The notes beneath the pieces are model-generated. The model saw only the letters and a list, made by a program, of their open reading frames with translations. It had not been told where the DNA came from and made no database searches. DNA of 64,000 nucleotides, from contig JBAXLI010000013.1 of assembly GCA_037134895.1 (NCBI GenBank), positions 8,668 through 72,667 of the forward strand. Reading direction: 5' to 3'. The position numbers were made by a program, and so were the translations under genes. This document shows, piece by piece, positions 25,737-34,516 of the stretch; position 1 is the first letter of the stretch, and every line of letters starts with the position of its first letter. Source of the stretch: Bacteroidota bacterium. GTDB taxonomy: Bacteria; Bacteroidota; Bacteroidia; Bacteroidales; FEN-979.

Positions 25737-25785
25737 TAAAAATACGCTCATATGCTGTCATTGACAATACTTAACACTCAGTATA
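25737..25785 (-). promoter_or_regulatory. Candidate operator plus -7 box (site S2). Minus strand: TATACTGA-GTGT-TAAGTATT G, then 20 nt, then TATTTTTA
   Basis: The box is at 25737-25744 and the palindrome at 25766-25785, upstream of the DszB-like gene. About 50 nt are nearly identical to S1. Confidence 0.5.
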
Positions 25786-25832
25786 TTTCTAAATCTTTGA
25801 CAGTCAAACCTATGTAAAAACCATAACAATGA

Positions 25833-28343
25833 TCATTCAGGGGACCTTTTGATTATATGATCTCCATCTTCTTTTTTATCTCCCTTGCCGTTAACTTCCT
25901 TGCGAATATGTACATCCTGCTGAGGAAAAGGTATGATGATCCCTCGTTCCCTGAAGAGGCTGTCAATTGAAACAATCAGATCACTCCTCACATCGAAGCC
26001 GATATCGAAATGCGGCACCCAGAATTTTAAGCTGATGTGTACCGAACTGCTGCTGAATTTGGTTACAAATGCAAGAGGTTGCGGATCCTTCAAAATCCGG
26101 GAATCATTTTGCATCAGGTCAAGTAAAAGGCGTTTTGTCTTGTCAAGATCCGTTCCATAGGCAACACCGAGTAGCAGTTCAAATCTCCTGTGACTGCTTC
26201 CCAATGTCCAGTTCACAAGGTGCTGGTTTAATAAATCACCATTGGGAATTATGACGTCGGCACCATCCCAGGTAGTGACGACGCTGCTTCGGATCCCGAT
26301 CGATTTCATCCTCCCTGTCTGCCCTGCAAATTCCACGATGTCTCCAACATTTACAGGCTTTTCAAAGGCAATGACAAGCCCGCTTATCAGGTTATTGACC
26401 AGGGTCTGTAAGCCAAAACCGATACCTACACTCACAGCTCCCAGGATTATGGCAAAACGGTCCATGGGGAATCCTGCTGCAATAAATGCCACCAAAACCC
26501 CTGCAGTGATTATGGCAATCCGAATCAGTACCAGCCAACTGCCAAGTCCACCTTTTTTAGAGTTTTTATGTATAGACATATTATCAGACGACAGGAACAG
26601 GACAATCCGGGAAATCAAGGCTGAAAGGAAGATAACCAGCATGAAGATGAGAATACTTTGGTAATTGAAAGAAAACATGCCAATCGTGCGGGTTGTTGTC
26701 AATGAATCTCGAAATGGCAGGAACAAAGTTTGAAAATAATAGGTACTCCGTAAGATCAGGACAAACCAGCCGGCGAAACAGATCAAATAATAGAAGAATG
26801 GTAGATCTTTACTGGCTTTTTCATCGGGTAATAAGCGTGTTTTTCCTTCAGATCCCTGGTAAAAATAAAAGGAGATAAGCAGGGTTTCGTTTACAAAGCG
26901 GGCAGTCCAAAAGAGTAAAACAACAATGAAAGTAAATATTCCATTGGTCATGAAGATTTTGGCTAGGTTAAAACCGCCGGTAAGATTAAAATAGATAGCC
27001 GGAATCTGAAGCAAGGCCAGCAATCCGATTAGCACAAAAATGATCCTGTCTTTGATTTCCTTTTTTTTCTTTGATACAAGGAAGAAGATACCTGCTGAAA
27101 CTCCTGAAAAACTCAGTAAAAGCATGCTACACAATTCGAATGATGAATGCCGTAAAATCAAATTACTGATCAGGGCAAGAAGGAATAAAAGAATGAAAAA
27201 CAACCAGGTTTTGAACAAGAACGGTGTGAACGATTTTTTTAAAATCAAAATAAGCGAAAATGTGATGAGAATCCAGATAACACAATTGAAAATAAAAGGT
27301 GGCAATGGAAGAAAAAACTGTGAAATGGTCAGGGAGATCAGGATTGCAGACGCCAAGGGGTTTCCTAACACATGTCCGCTACCGGTGAGGTGCCCATGGG
27401 ATCCCTCGTTGTTCACTTTTCGCCTCAGCATGAGCAGGTACAAGTAGAGTCCTAAGGCAAAAACAAGTATCAGAATAATTTTATCACGATGATTTACGCT
27501 ATAAAAAAATATTGCAAGTTTAGCCTTTCCGTATGAATAGGTAATGATCTGACCGAAAGGCCTGTCATTGATGAGGTTTTCTCCAAAAAAGCCGAGTTCG
27601 TTTGTCCTGAATTGCTGAAATACTTTTGAATGTAATGATTCCGTTTCAATAATATCTGATTCAAGTTCGAATTTAAGCAGGTTTACCTGGATCTCAAGTT
27701 TCTGAATGCTATCCAATGAAGTCTTGAGTTTCGTGTTAACGGGGTTGATATCCCGGGTCAGAAAGAGGAGTTTCTGCAGATAACTTGTCATGGAAGCTGA
27801 ATCGACCGGGACCTGGTATATTATACTATCCATGGCAAGAGAATCAAGCCTGGACTGTGAGTGACCTAATGATCTGTGGTAAGCCAATATTTGCTGCAGG
27901 CGGTTGTCCGTTCTCTTCAACAATTCGTTCAGGAGGCGGCTGGTTGTCGTAAGGTTAGGCACCGTCTGAATTTTGTCCTCATTTGTAATAACGCCATCAA
28001 CAGCCTGCTCTCTCCAGCGCGTTAACTGAATTAATTCATCCCTGATCTCATGATATTTAAAGCCGATCCTGAGAAAATTCCTTGCTTTCTCGATTTCATT
28101 TTTAAGCAGAAAGAAATTCCTGCTTTGTTTAAGAACCAACTGGTGTTGCCGGTAGTTTGCCTGGCTTTGTTTTAAACCCAGGTCAGCCAGATCTTTAGCC
28201 TTGCTTTGTTTGGCGTGCATTTCAAAATCCAGGGCATGGACCGAATCCACAAGAGGGATGCTTACCTGAGCAAAGCAAGTGAAGCAGTAAAATGCAAGAC
28301 AGAATGCGAAAATGCTGAAAAATAATTTACCAGGCTGGCTCAT
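25833..28343 (-). CDS. Large mechanosensitive channel, MscS family (MscK/KefA-like)
   Basis: 836 aa. Signal/periplasmic coiled-coil N-terminal domain and about 11 TM segments. C-terminal MscS core: LISGLVIAFEKPVNVGDIVEFAGQTGRMKSIGIRSSVVTTWDGADVIIPNGDL. Confidence 0.85.
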   Translation of the reverse strand: MSQPGKLFFSIFAFCLAFYCFTCFAQVSIPLVDSVHALDFEMHAKQSKAKDLADLGLKQSQANYRQHQLVLKQSRNFFLLKNEIEKARNFLRIGFKYHEIRDELIQLTRWREQAVDGVITNEDKIQTVPNLTTTSRLLNELLKRTDNRLQQILAYHRSLGHSQSRLDSLAMDSIIYQVPVDSASMTSYLQKLLFLTRDINPVNTKLKTSLDSIQKLEIQVNLLKFELESDIIETESLHSKVFQQFRTNELGFFGENLINDRPFGQIITYSYGKAKLAIFFYSVNHRDKIILILVFALGLYLYLLMLRRKVNNEGSHGHLTGSGHVLGNPLASAILISLTISQFFLPLPPFIFNCVIWILITFSLILILKKSFTPFLFKTWLFFILLFLLALISNLILRHSSFELCSMLLLSFSGVSAGIFFLVSKKKKEIKDRIIFVLIGLLALLQIPAIYFNLTGGFNLAKIFMTNGIFTFIVVLLFWTARFVNETLLISFYFYQGSEGKTRLLPDEKASKDLPFFYYLICFAGWFVLILRSTYYFQTLFLPFRDSLTTTRTIGMFSFNYQSILIFMLVIFLSALISRIVLFLSSDNMSIHKNSKKGGLGSWLVLIRIAIITAGVLVAFIAAGFPMDRFAIILGAVSVGIGFGLQTLVNNLISGLVIAFEKPVNVGDIVEFAGQTGRMKSIGIRSSVVTTWDGADVIIPNGDLLNQHLVNWTLGSSHRRFELLLGVAYGTDLDKTKRLLLDLMQNDSRILKDPQPLAFVTKFSSSSVHISLKFWVPHFDIGFDVRSDLIVSIDSLFRERGIIIPFPQQDVHIRKEVNGKGDKKEDGDHIIKRSPE

Positions 28344-28378
28344 GCATCAATTGTTGGCATATAATCCTCTGTCTTTTA

Positions 28379-28903
28379 TCAGGCCGACGGCTTTCCCTTC
28401 AGAAAAATGTCGAGAACCACTTTGGGCCCAAGCACTCTGGAAAGTTCGTGAATGGCAAAAAAAGGAATAAAGGCGGTGAACACGATCAGTGAACCACCGA
28501 AGTACTCGTAAGTTCCGATATGAGATAAGGAATCCGTAATACCCTGCATTGTGTAGGTATGAAAAAAACCTTTTACCGATAATTCTATTGCATTAAAAAT
28601 TGCAAGCCAGACTGTAAACATTAATGATCTGCCAAGTATTGACCAGATCAGCGGCCTGTTTTCAAACCAATGGCCAAGCCTCATCATACTGCCTATTGAA
28701 ACAACTTTACCAAGTACCAATGCATTGATAAGCCCGAAACCCCATTCTGTATAAACAATGTTTTGTTCAGCAAGGACCAGACGTTTATAAGTGATAAATA
28801 CCGCAAAAAAAACCGCAAGGTATGCCACGTTGATCCAATATTCAATAAATTCTTTTTTAAATTTTTCTTTAAAGGTTTTCTTTGTTTTGACTTCTGCATC
28901 CAT
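28379..28903 (-). CDS. Hypothetical integral membrane protein (about 4 TM)
   Basis: Lys-rich N-terminus followed by four hydrophobic segments. No recognised family. Confidence 0.45.
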   Translation of the reverse strand: MDAEVKTKKTFKEKFKKEFIEYWINVAYLAVFFAVFITYKRLVLAEQNIVYTEWGFGLINALVLGKVVSIGSMMRLGHWFENRPLIWSILGRSLMFTVWLAIFNAIELSVKGFFHTYTMQGITDSLSHIGTYEYFGGSLIVFTAFIPFFAIHELSRVLGPKVVLDIFLKGKPSA

Positions 28904-28926
28904 TGTTTTAAATATTTAAAACACAT

Positions 28927-28975
28927 TAAAAGTACATTCTTTCCTTACAATGTACAATACTTAATACTGAGTATT
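28927..28975 (-). promoter_or_regulatory. Candidate operator plus -7 box (site S3). Minus strand: AATACTCA-GTAT-TAAGTATT G, then 20 nt, then TACTTTTA
   Basis: The box is at 28927-28934 and the palindrome at 28956-28975, 24 nt upstream of ATG 28903. Confidence 0.5.
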
Positions 28976-28990
28976 GTATGCCATCTGATT

Positions 28991-29932
28991 TTATTTCCTT
29001 TTTAACAAGTCCCTGCCCCAGCGATATTGCCAGGCTATTCCTATCGTATTGAAATCACTTCCTGTGCGTGTTGAAACACCGGTACTAAGGTATAATTTCA
29101 GTGAGTTGTGGATGTTTAACGGCAGTGCAAAGGTAAGGCCGAGGCGGGTGTTCTTCTGCATAGCGTTTCCCTCAGCGCCATTCACTGAAGGCCGGCCACC
29201 CCAATAATAGGTGCCATCAATTGCTGCCCAGATGCCAGACCTGAAGTTGTAAATCACATGTCCCTGGATATATCCTATTGGAGATAAGGACAAGGAATTC
29301 CCCTGGTAAAATTCATGGTCAACAGTGTAAAATGAAGCTCCTACAGCCAATTCCATAAACAGGGGGCCGAATTTTTTGGATGCGCCTATTTCGGGTTTAA
29401 AGGTAAACCTGTTCGTTCCGATGTTAACAAGTCTTTCAGGATCGTATTGACTGAAAGGCAAATTAATCTGAAGGCTCGCACCAACGACTAGATTCTGTTT
29501 ATAATTCTTAAAGCCAGATAAAGGCAATGCCGGAGCTCCAATGAAATTCACTGTTATCCGAACACGGGGATCAGCAAATCCTTCAACATTCCGGGTTAAC
29601 TGTTGTCCCTGGAAATCTGCAGAACCACTAAGCCATGCAAAGGGTATGATCACGTCGATCTTGCCTGAAATACCTCCAAAATCAATGGAACGGGCATAAG
29701 CTAATACAGGACCATGAACCTGAATATGTGCATTTTCAAGTTGAATTGCAGGGTCAAATAAAACACTTCCCTCCTGGTATATATAACCAGCGATCAAAAA
29801 ATTCAATCCGACTGGGGTGTTTGAATAGGCTCTGGGCTCAAGATCCTGGGCCCGGACAAGGGATGATTTTGAAACAAAAAAGATAGCAACGAATAGAATT
29901 AAACACTTTATCTTAAATCCTTGCAGGGTCAT
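28991..29932 (-). CDS. Outer-membrane channel of the 'MetA-pathway of phenol degradation' transporter family
   Basis: Signal peptide, then QDLEPRAYSNTPVGLNFLIAGY, the typical N-terminal motif of this barrel family. Terminal ...WQYRWG. Confidence 0.6.
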   Translation of the reverse strand: MTLQGFKIKCLILFVAIFFVSKSSLVRAQDLEPRAYSNTPVGLNFLIAGYIYQEGSVLFDPAIQLENAHIQVHGPVLAYARSIDFGGISGKIDVIIPFAWLSGSADFQGQQLTRNVEGFADPRVRITVNFIGAPALPLSGFKNYKQNLVVGASLQINLPFSQYDPERLVNIGTNRFTFKPEIGASKKFGPLFMELAVGASFYTVDHEFYQGNSLSLSPIGYIQGHVIYNFRSGIWAAIDGTYYWGGRPSVNGAEGNAMQKNTRLGLTFALPLNIHNSLKLYLSTGVSTRTGSDFNTIGIAWQYRWGRDLLKRK

Positions 29933-29938
29933 ATTCCA

Positions 29939-30721
29939 TCAGGATTTGGTTCTTCGCAACAAGGCATCACCATCGCTGTGGCTGTCGAAATAATACAGTT
30001 TGGCTACGGTTATGCGCTTTGCGAGAAGGCTGCAGGCAAGGCTTGCAAGGAAGGCGCCTGCAAACGGACCGATCCAATAGATCCACCATCCCGTCCACTC
30101 ACCGGATATAATTGCCGGGCCAAGACTACGTGCAGGATTTGTACTGGTTCCTGAGATTGCTGCTTCCAGGGGAACCATTATCGCATAGAGAAACGGAATC
30201 ATAAACGGAGTAAACTGCCGGAGGTGTCTGAATCCAATAAAAATTACAAGAAGTGAGACCAAGGCAAAAGTTGTGATAACCTCGCCAAACAAAACGGTAT
30301 AAACGGAGTATCCTTCTCCCGGCACGGTTGCACCGAACAAAACACTCCGCCCCATATCACCCCAGAGGAGGAGGGGCAGACAGCCAGCAACAGCACCGGT
30401 CAATTGTGCCAGTATGTATGTGATTGCCAGGCGTGGTTCAATCTTACGAAACAACAGGAATACCATTGTAACTGCCGGGTTGATATGCGCCCCGCTGACT
30501 TTTCCTATCGGGGATAGTGCAATCGATGCGCCTATAGATCCAAAAAGGAAACCGGTGATCATTTGTCTTACTTTAACATTCGGGATCAGCTGCCCTAAAG
30601 GACTACCATTCCCGAACATAATAATAACGAGTGACAGGCCGCCCAGCAATAACAGAGCAGTACCAATGAATTCGGCAACAAAAAACTGAACGCGGTATCT
30701 TAGATCATTTACATCATTCAT
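29939..30721 (-). CDS. MIP-family channel (aquaporin/aquaglyceroporin-like)
   Basis: Two NPA boxes (SGAHINPAVT and GTSTNPARSLGPA) and six TM segments. Confidence 0.85.
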   Translation of the reverse strand: MNDVNDLRYRVQFFVAEFIGTALLLLGGLSLVIIMFGNGSPLGQLIPNVKVRQMITGFLFGSIGASIALSPIGKVSGAHINPAVTMVFLLFRKIEPRLAITYILAQLTGAVAGCLPLLLWGDMGRSVLFGATVPGEGYSVYTVLFGEVITTFALVSLLVIFIGFRHLRQFTPFMIPFLYAIMVPLEAAISGTSTNPARSLGPAIISGEWTGWWIYWIGPFAGAFLASLACSLLAKRITVAKLYYFDSHSDGDALLRRTKS

Positions 30722-31868
30722 ACAATGTAAAATTTATGCAAACAGGAGAAACTATTTTGACCGTTTGAGATGTTTGACTCAACTGGCCGCTGGCCTGATC
30801 GATCCTGAAGAGAACAATATTATCCGAGTTCTGGTTTGCTACAAAGAGCCAGTGACCTGTTGGATCGATTTCAAAACTGCGCGGGGTCTCACCCCCGGTT
30901 GAAACCCATTCGACCGGTGTCAGGCTTCCATTTTTTGAATTAATACTGAAGAGTCCGATATTATCAGCCCCCCTGTTCGAAACATAAAGAAATTTTCCTG
31001 TGGCGTCCAGAGCTATCTCCGCCGCAGTATTTTCACCGTGGAAGATTTTGGGAAGCGTTGAGATGGTTTGCTTCGCCAGCATCCTACCGGTTTCTGATTC
31101 ATATGAAAAGCTGGTAATTGTTGAGCTTAACTCATTCAATACGTAAATAAATTTCCCTGATGGTGGAAACGCAATATGTCTTGGACCTGAGCCGGGATCC
31201 AACTTTACAAACCCTGAGTCTATGGGGAAAAGAGAACCATTGCCGGCATCGAACCGGTATTTTAAGATTTTGTCAATTCCAAGATCGGCTATCATGACAT
31301 ACAGGTTGTCGTTGGTCACCCTGATATAATGAGCATGCGGTCCGGTCTGCCGTTTAGGGTTAGGACCTGACCCCGTATTTTGAATGAATGCTGTATGCTC
31401 ACCAAGTTTACCATCCCTTCCTACCGGGAACACAACTGAATTACCACCGTTGTAATTTGCGACCATCAGGTATCGGGCTGATTTGTCAAGTGACAAATGT
31501 GCCGGAGCTGCTCCCAGTGAAGAAATCTGCTGAAGCAATGTCAGCTTACCCGACTCCTTGTTGATTGCAAATACACTAACTGCCCCGCTTTGCTTATTAT
31601 GAAAAGAATCTGTCTCATTAACTGTATATAGGAATCGTCCTTTTGAATCAATGGTGATAAAGGATGGGTTTTCCGTTTTTGCGACAAGCCCTAAAGGTTT
31701 CATGTTCCCTTTTGCAGGATTGAAACTGTAGGCATAAATTCCTTCACTGCCCTTCCCGGTATACGTTCCTACAAAAACAAGGCATTTATGATGGGGTTCG
31801 GAGCACGCATGTAGAAACAGGATCGGAAATAGTATAAATGCCAGATTTAAAATCCGATTGTGCTTCAT
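30714..31868 (-). CDS. Lactonase, 7-bladed beta-propeller family (6-phosphogluconolactonase-like), lipoprotein
   Basis: Lipobox (LHAC). Repeated propeller motifs include GAAPAHLSLDKSARYLMVANY, GPRHIAFPPSGKFIYVLNE and PRSFEIDPTGHWLFVANQ. Confidence 0.75.
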   Translation of the reverse strand: MKHNRILNLAFILFPILFLHACSEPHHKCLVFVGTYTGKGSEGIYAYSFNPAKGNMKPLGLVAKTENPSFITIDSKGRFLYTVNETDSFHNKQSGAVSVFAINKESGKLTLLQQISSLGAAPAHLSLDKSARYLMVANYNGGNSVVFPVGRDGKLGEHTAFIQNTGSGPNPKRQTGPHAHYIRVTNDNLYVMIADLGIDKILKYRFDAGNGSLFPIDSGFVKLDPGSGPRHIAFPPSGKFIYVLNELSSTITSFSYESETGRMLAKQTISTLPKIFHGENTAAEIALDATGKFLYVSNRGADNIGLFSINSKNGSLTPVEWVSTGGETPRSFEIDPTGHWLFVANQNSDNIVLFRIDQASGQLSQTSQTVKIVSPVCINFTLYE

Positions 31869-31920
31869 TCTCTTGGGGATAATGTTAAAATCTTCTTTTG
31901 AAATACCTTAAAAAAAACTG

Positions 31921-32976
31921 CTATATTTCCGAGAACTGGATGACAACTTTGATGTCCTCAGGCCGTCTTTGCAAGGCAAGCGTAAAATCCTCAGGTTTTT
32001 CCCGCCTGCTGATGAGTTTTGCCAGCCAGTTTTTATCAGCTTTTGCAAGCGTTTGACCGGCTCGGTACCATTGGCGCTTATTTGCATTCACACTACCAAC
32101 GATTACAGTATTTCTTAAGACTGCGGAAGCAGCCATATCAGCAGTTGCGGCCTTTGTCATATGACCTCCATGGCCGACGCCTGTCAGACATAAAATTCCA
32201 TTTGCAGCTAATTGCTGGATACAAGCTTCAATTACTGGTCCCACTCCCGTACATTCTACAATTGCATCCGGTTCAAATCCGATATCAGCGACATTGCCAG
32301 AGTGATAGATAGCACCCAGTTCTCTAACCAGGTCAGGTTTGGACCCTGACTCCATCCTGTCAAGGACATGGATTTCTTCTATCCCCCAGATCTTCAAACT
32401 GAGGGCCGCCAGCAGTCCTATCGGACCTGCACCTGTAACCAGCACTCTGGAAGGCTCCCAGAAAGAACGGCGGCTTATCATACCTATCTGCTCCAATGCT
32501 TTAGTTACAACCGTTGTAGGTTCAAGGAGAACACCCAGGATACCCAGTGAAGAATCGACTTTAATAGCGTATTCAGGCTCTATCCTCCATCGTTCCGACA
32601 TATATCCGTGGATCTCTTTGATCCCCCGTTCTGTATAAAGTCCGTTACGGCACATGTCCCATTCCCCCACCGCACAATTCGGACAAGGGACAGGATCGGG
32701 ACGGCGCACGATCCCTACAACCAGGTCCCCTTTTTTGAAACCGCCTGCAGTGCCGGGATCTATTACCCGGCCCAGGGATTCATGCCCCAAAATAAGATAC
32801 TGCTGGCCCGGAGGGGCCCAGCCATACTTCCCTTCGACAATTTCGACATCTGTACCGCATACTCCGACGGCAATAGCCTCCACGAGGATTGACCCATCCC
32901 TCAAATCCGGCTCCGGCATATCCATAAGCCTCGCCGTTCCCGGCTTTTTAGGTTCGACAGTAATTGCTTTCATCAT
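31921..32976 (-). CDS. Zn-dependent MDR-family dehydrogenase, glucose 1-dehydrogenase-like
   Basis: MKAITVEP...VGVCGTDVEIVEGKYG...LGHESLG, a structural-zinc Cys cluster (PDPVPCPNCAVGEWDMC) and a GAGPIGLL Rossmann motif. Resembles archaeal-type glucose dehydrogenases. Confidence 0.65.
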   Translation of the reverse strand: MMKAITVEPKKPGTARLMDMPEPDLRDGSILVEAIAVGVCGTDVEIVEGKYGWAPPGQQYLILGHESLGRVIDPGTAGGFKKGDLVVGIVRRPDPVPCPNCAVGEWDMCRNGLYTERGIKEIHGYMSERWRIEPEYAIKVDSSLGILGVLLEPTTVVTKALEQIGMISRRSFWEPSRVLVTGAGPIGLLAALSLKIWGIEEIHVLDRMESGSKPDLVRELGAIYHSGNVADIGFEPDAIVECTGVGPVIEACIQQLAANGILCLTGVGHGGHMTKAATADMAASAVLRNTVIVGSVNANKRQWYRAGQTLAKADKNWLAKLISRREKPEDFTLALQRRPEDIKVVIQFSEI

Positions 32977-33006
32977 GACGCTTAACGTTTGTATTGATAA
33001 AGATTC

Positions 33007-34482
33007 CTAAACACCAATCTCAAAGATGTGATACCCCCATGCAGGCAGATCAATAAAAATACCTTTTGACACTACCTCACTGCCTTCCCAATCATAAAAA
33101 GCAGGGCTCATCATTTCACTGAACCTGACCGGTTTGCCTCCCAGCTCAGAAAAGGGCAGACGGACAAGGCACTGACCGGCATGGCATGAATAGTTTATTA
33201 CAACCAGGACCCGATCGTTATCCTTTCCCTCCCAGGCAAATGCCAGGAAGAAATCCGAACTTCCATTCCCGTCCCAGGCCGATTTGCATTCGAGCTGTTG
33301 CCAATGTCCGTCTCGAAAAACAGGTTTTTTTATTAGAGAAAGAAAGTTTGTGTAAAACTTATGCAATGCCGGTTCTGTTGGTTCCTGCGGGGCTCGCACC
33401 AGGTGAGGGGAAATCCGTTTTTTCCGCCCTTCAAATTGTCCCTGGTGGAAAAACCTTAAGCCGGGTGATAAGAATGTTATCACGGCTGCAGCTTCATGCT
33501 TTTTCAGATCGAACGTTGCAGCCGCGCGCGGTTCGTCATGATTTTCAAGGAAGCGGGCAAGTTTATCCTGGTAATCCGGTACTGCAAACAAATGTTCTCG
33601 TACAGCTTTCGTATGGCCTTCTCTCAAACGGTCATATAGCCGTTTATCATAAGCATAATCAAACCCCAGTTGCTGCATGTCCCACTCCATTTCCCAATAT
33701 ACTTCGGCCATGAAGCAGAAACCGGGAACTTTTTCGCGAACTGCTTTTATAGCGGATGACCAGAAGGCTTGAGCCTTGCGTCCCCATGTCTTTTCAAAAA
33801 CCTCGGGGAGGATAAGCATCGCCATATCGCAACGTACGCCGTCACACTGTCCTGAGATCCGAAGAAGTTCCTTGGTCATTGCTTTCACGGTTGCAGGATT
33901 ACTATAATCCAGCTGAAGAGTATCGGGCCATCCTGCAAAATAAGGGTCCCTGCCGTATGCGAGTATCAATTCACCCTGATTACGTTTTACCCTTATGTAA
34001 TTCTGCGGATAATGTTCAAGGTCACTCTCAGTTCCTGAAACAAAATAATCAGGGTGGTCCTCAAGCCAGGGATGGTCGGGTCCCATATGATTCGGTACAA
34101 AATCGAGCATGAGTTTAAGTCCACGCTTTTTTAACCTGGCACGGAGTTTCTTCAGGGCGGGATCTCCGCCAAGTTCAGGATGTACATGATAAGCTGCGAT
34201 TGCAAATCCGGAACCAGCTATATCCTCCTCGTGAAGATCCGGCAATGTATTCTCAAAATCACCAAGCCATTCAGGGTTTTCGCGGGAAATTTTCCGCCCA
34301 AGCTCACCTGTGGTCCACACGCTAAGAAACCAGATCCAGTCAAAACCCAGATTTGCCAAGCGATCCAGTTCGATATCGGGGATATCATCAAGAGTGGCTT
34401 TCCGGCCAAGGTCCTGTGACAGTTCTGTGAGCCAAACCCTGGTGTTCACCTGGTACAAAGATGGATACTTCGGTCTCTTCAT
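33007..34482 (-). CDS. GH13 alpha-amylase-family glycoside hydrolase/transferase (GlgE-like catalytic core)
   Basis: KLMLDFVPNHMGPDHPW (region II-like), DGVRCDMA (nucleophile region), FMAEVYWE and FLENHDEPR motifs. Start MKRPKYPSLYQVN at 34482 is preferred over the track start 34542. Confidence 0.75.
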   Translation of the reverse strand: MKRPKYPSLYQVNTRVWLTELSQDLGRKATLDDIPDIELDRLANLGFDWIWFLSVWTTGELGRKISRENPEWLGDFENTLPDLHEEDIAGSGFAIAAYHVHPELGGDPALKKLRARLKKRGLKLMLDFVPNHMGPDHPWLEDHPDYFVSGTESDLEHYPQNYIRVKRNQGELILAYGRDPYFAGWPDTLQLDYSNPATVKAMTKELLRISGQCDGVRCDMAMLILPEVFEKTWGRKAQAFWSSAIKAVREKVPGFCFMAEVYWEMEWDMQQLGFDYAYDKRLYDRLREGHTKAVREHLFAVPDYQDKLARFLENHDEPRAAATFDLKKHEAAAVITFLSPGLRFFHQGQFEGRKKRISPHLVRAPQEPTEPALHKFYTNFLSLIKKPVFRDGHWQQLECKSAWDGNGSSDFFLAFAWEGKDNDRVLVVINYSCHAGQCLVRLPFSELGGKPVRFSEMMSPAFYDWEGSEVVSKGIFIDLPAWGYHIFEIGV

Positions 34483-34516
34483 GATGTTTTCTACGGTTTC
34501 TGACCGTATCTCCCTG

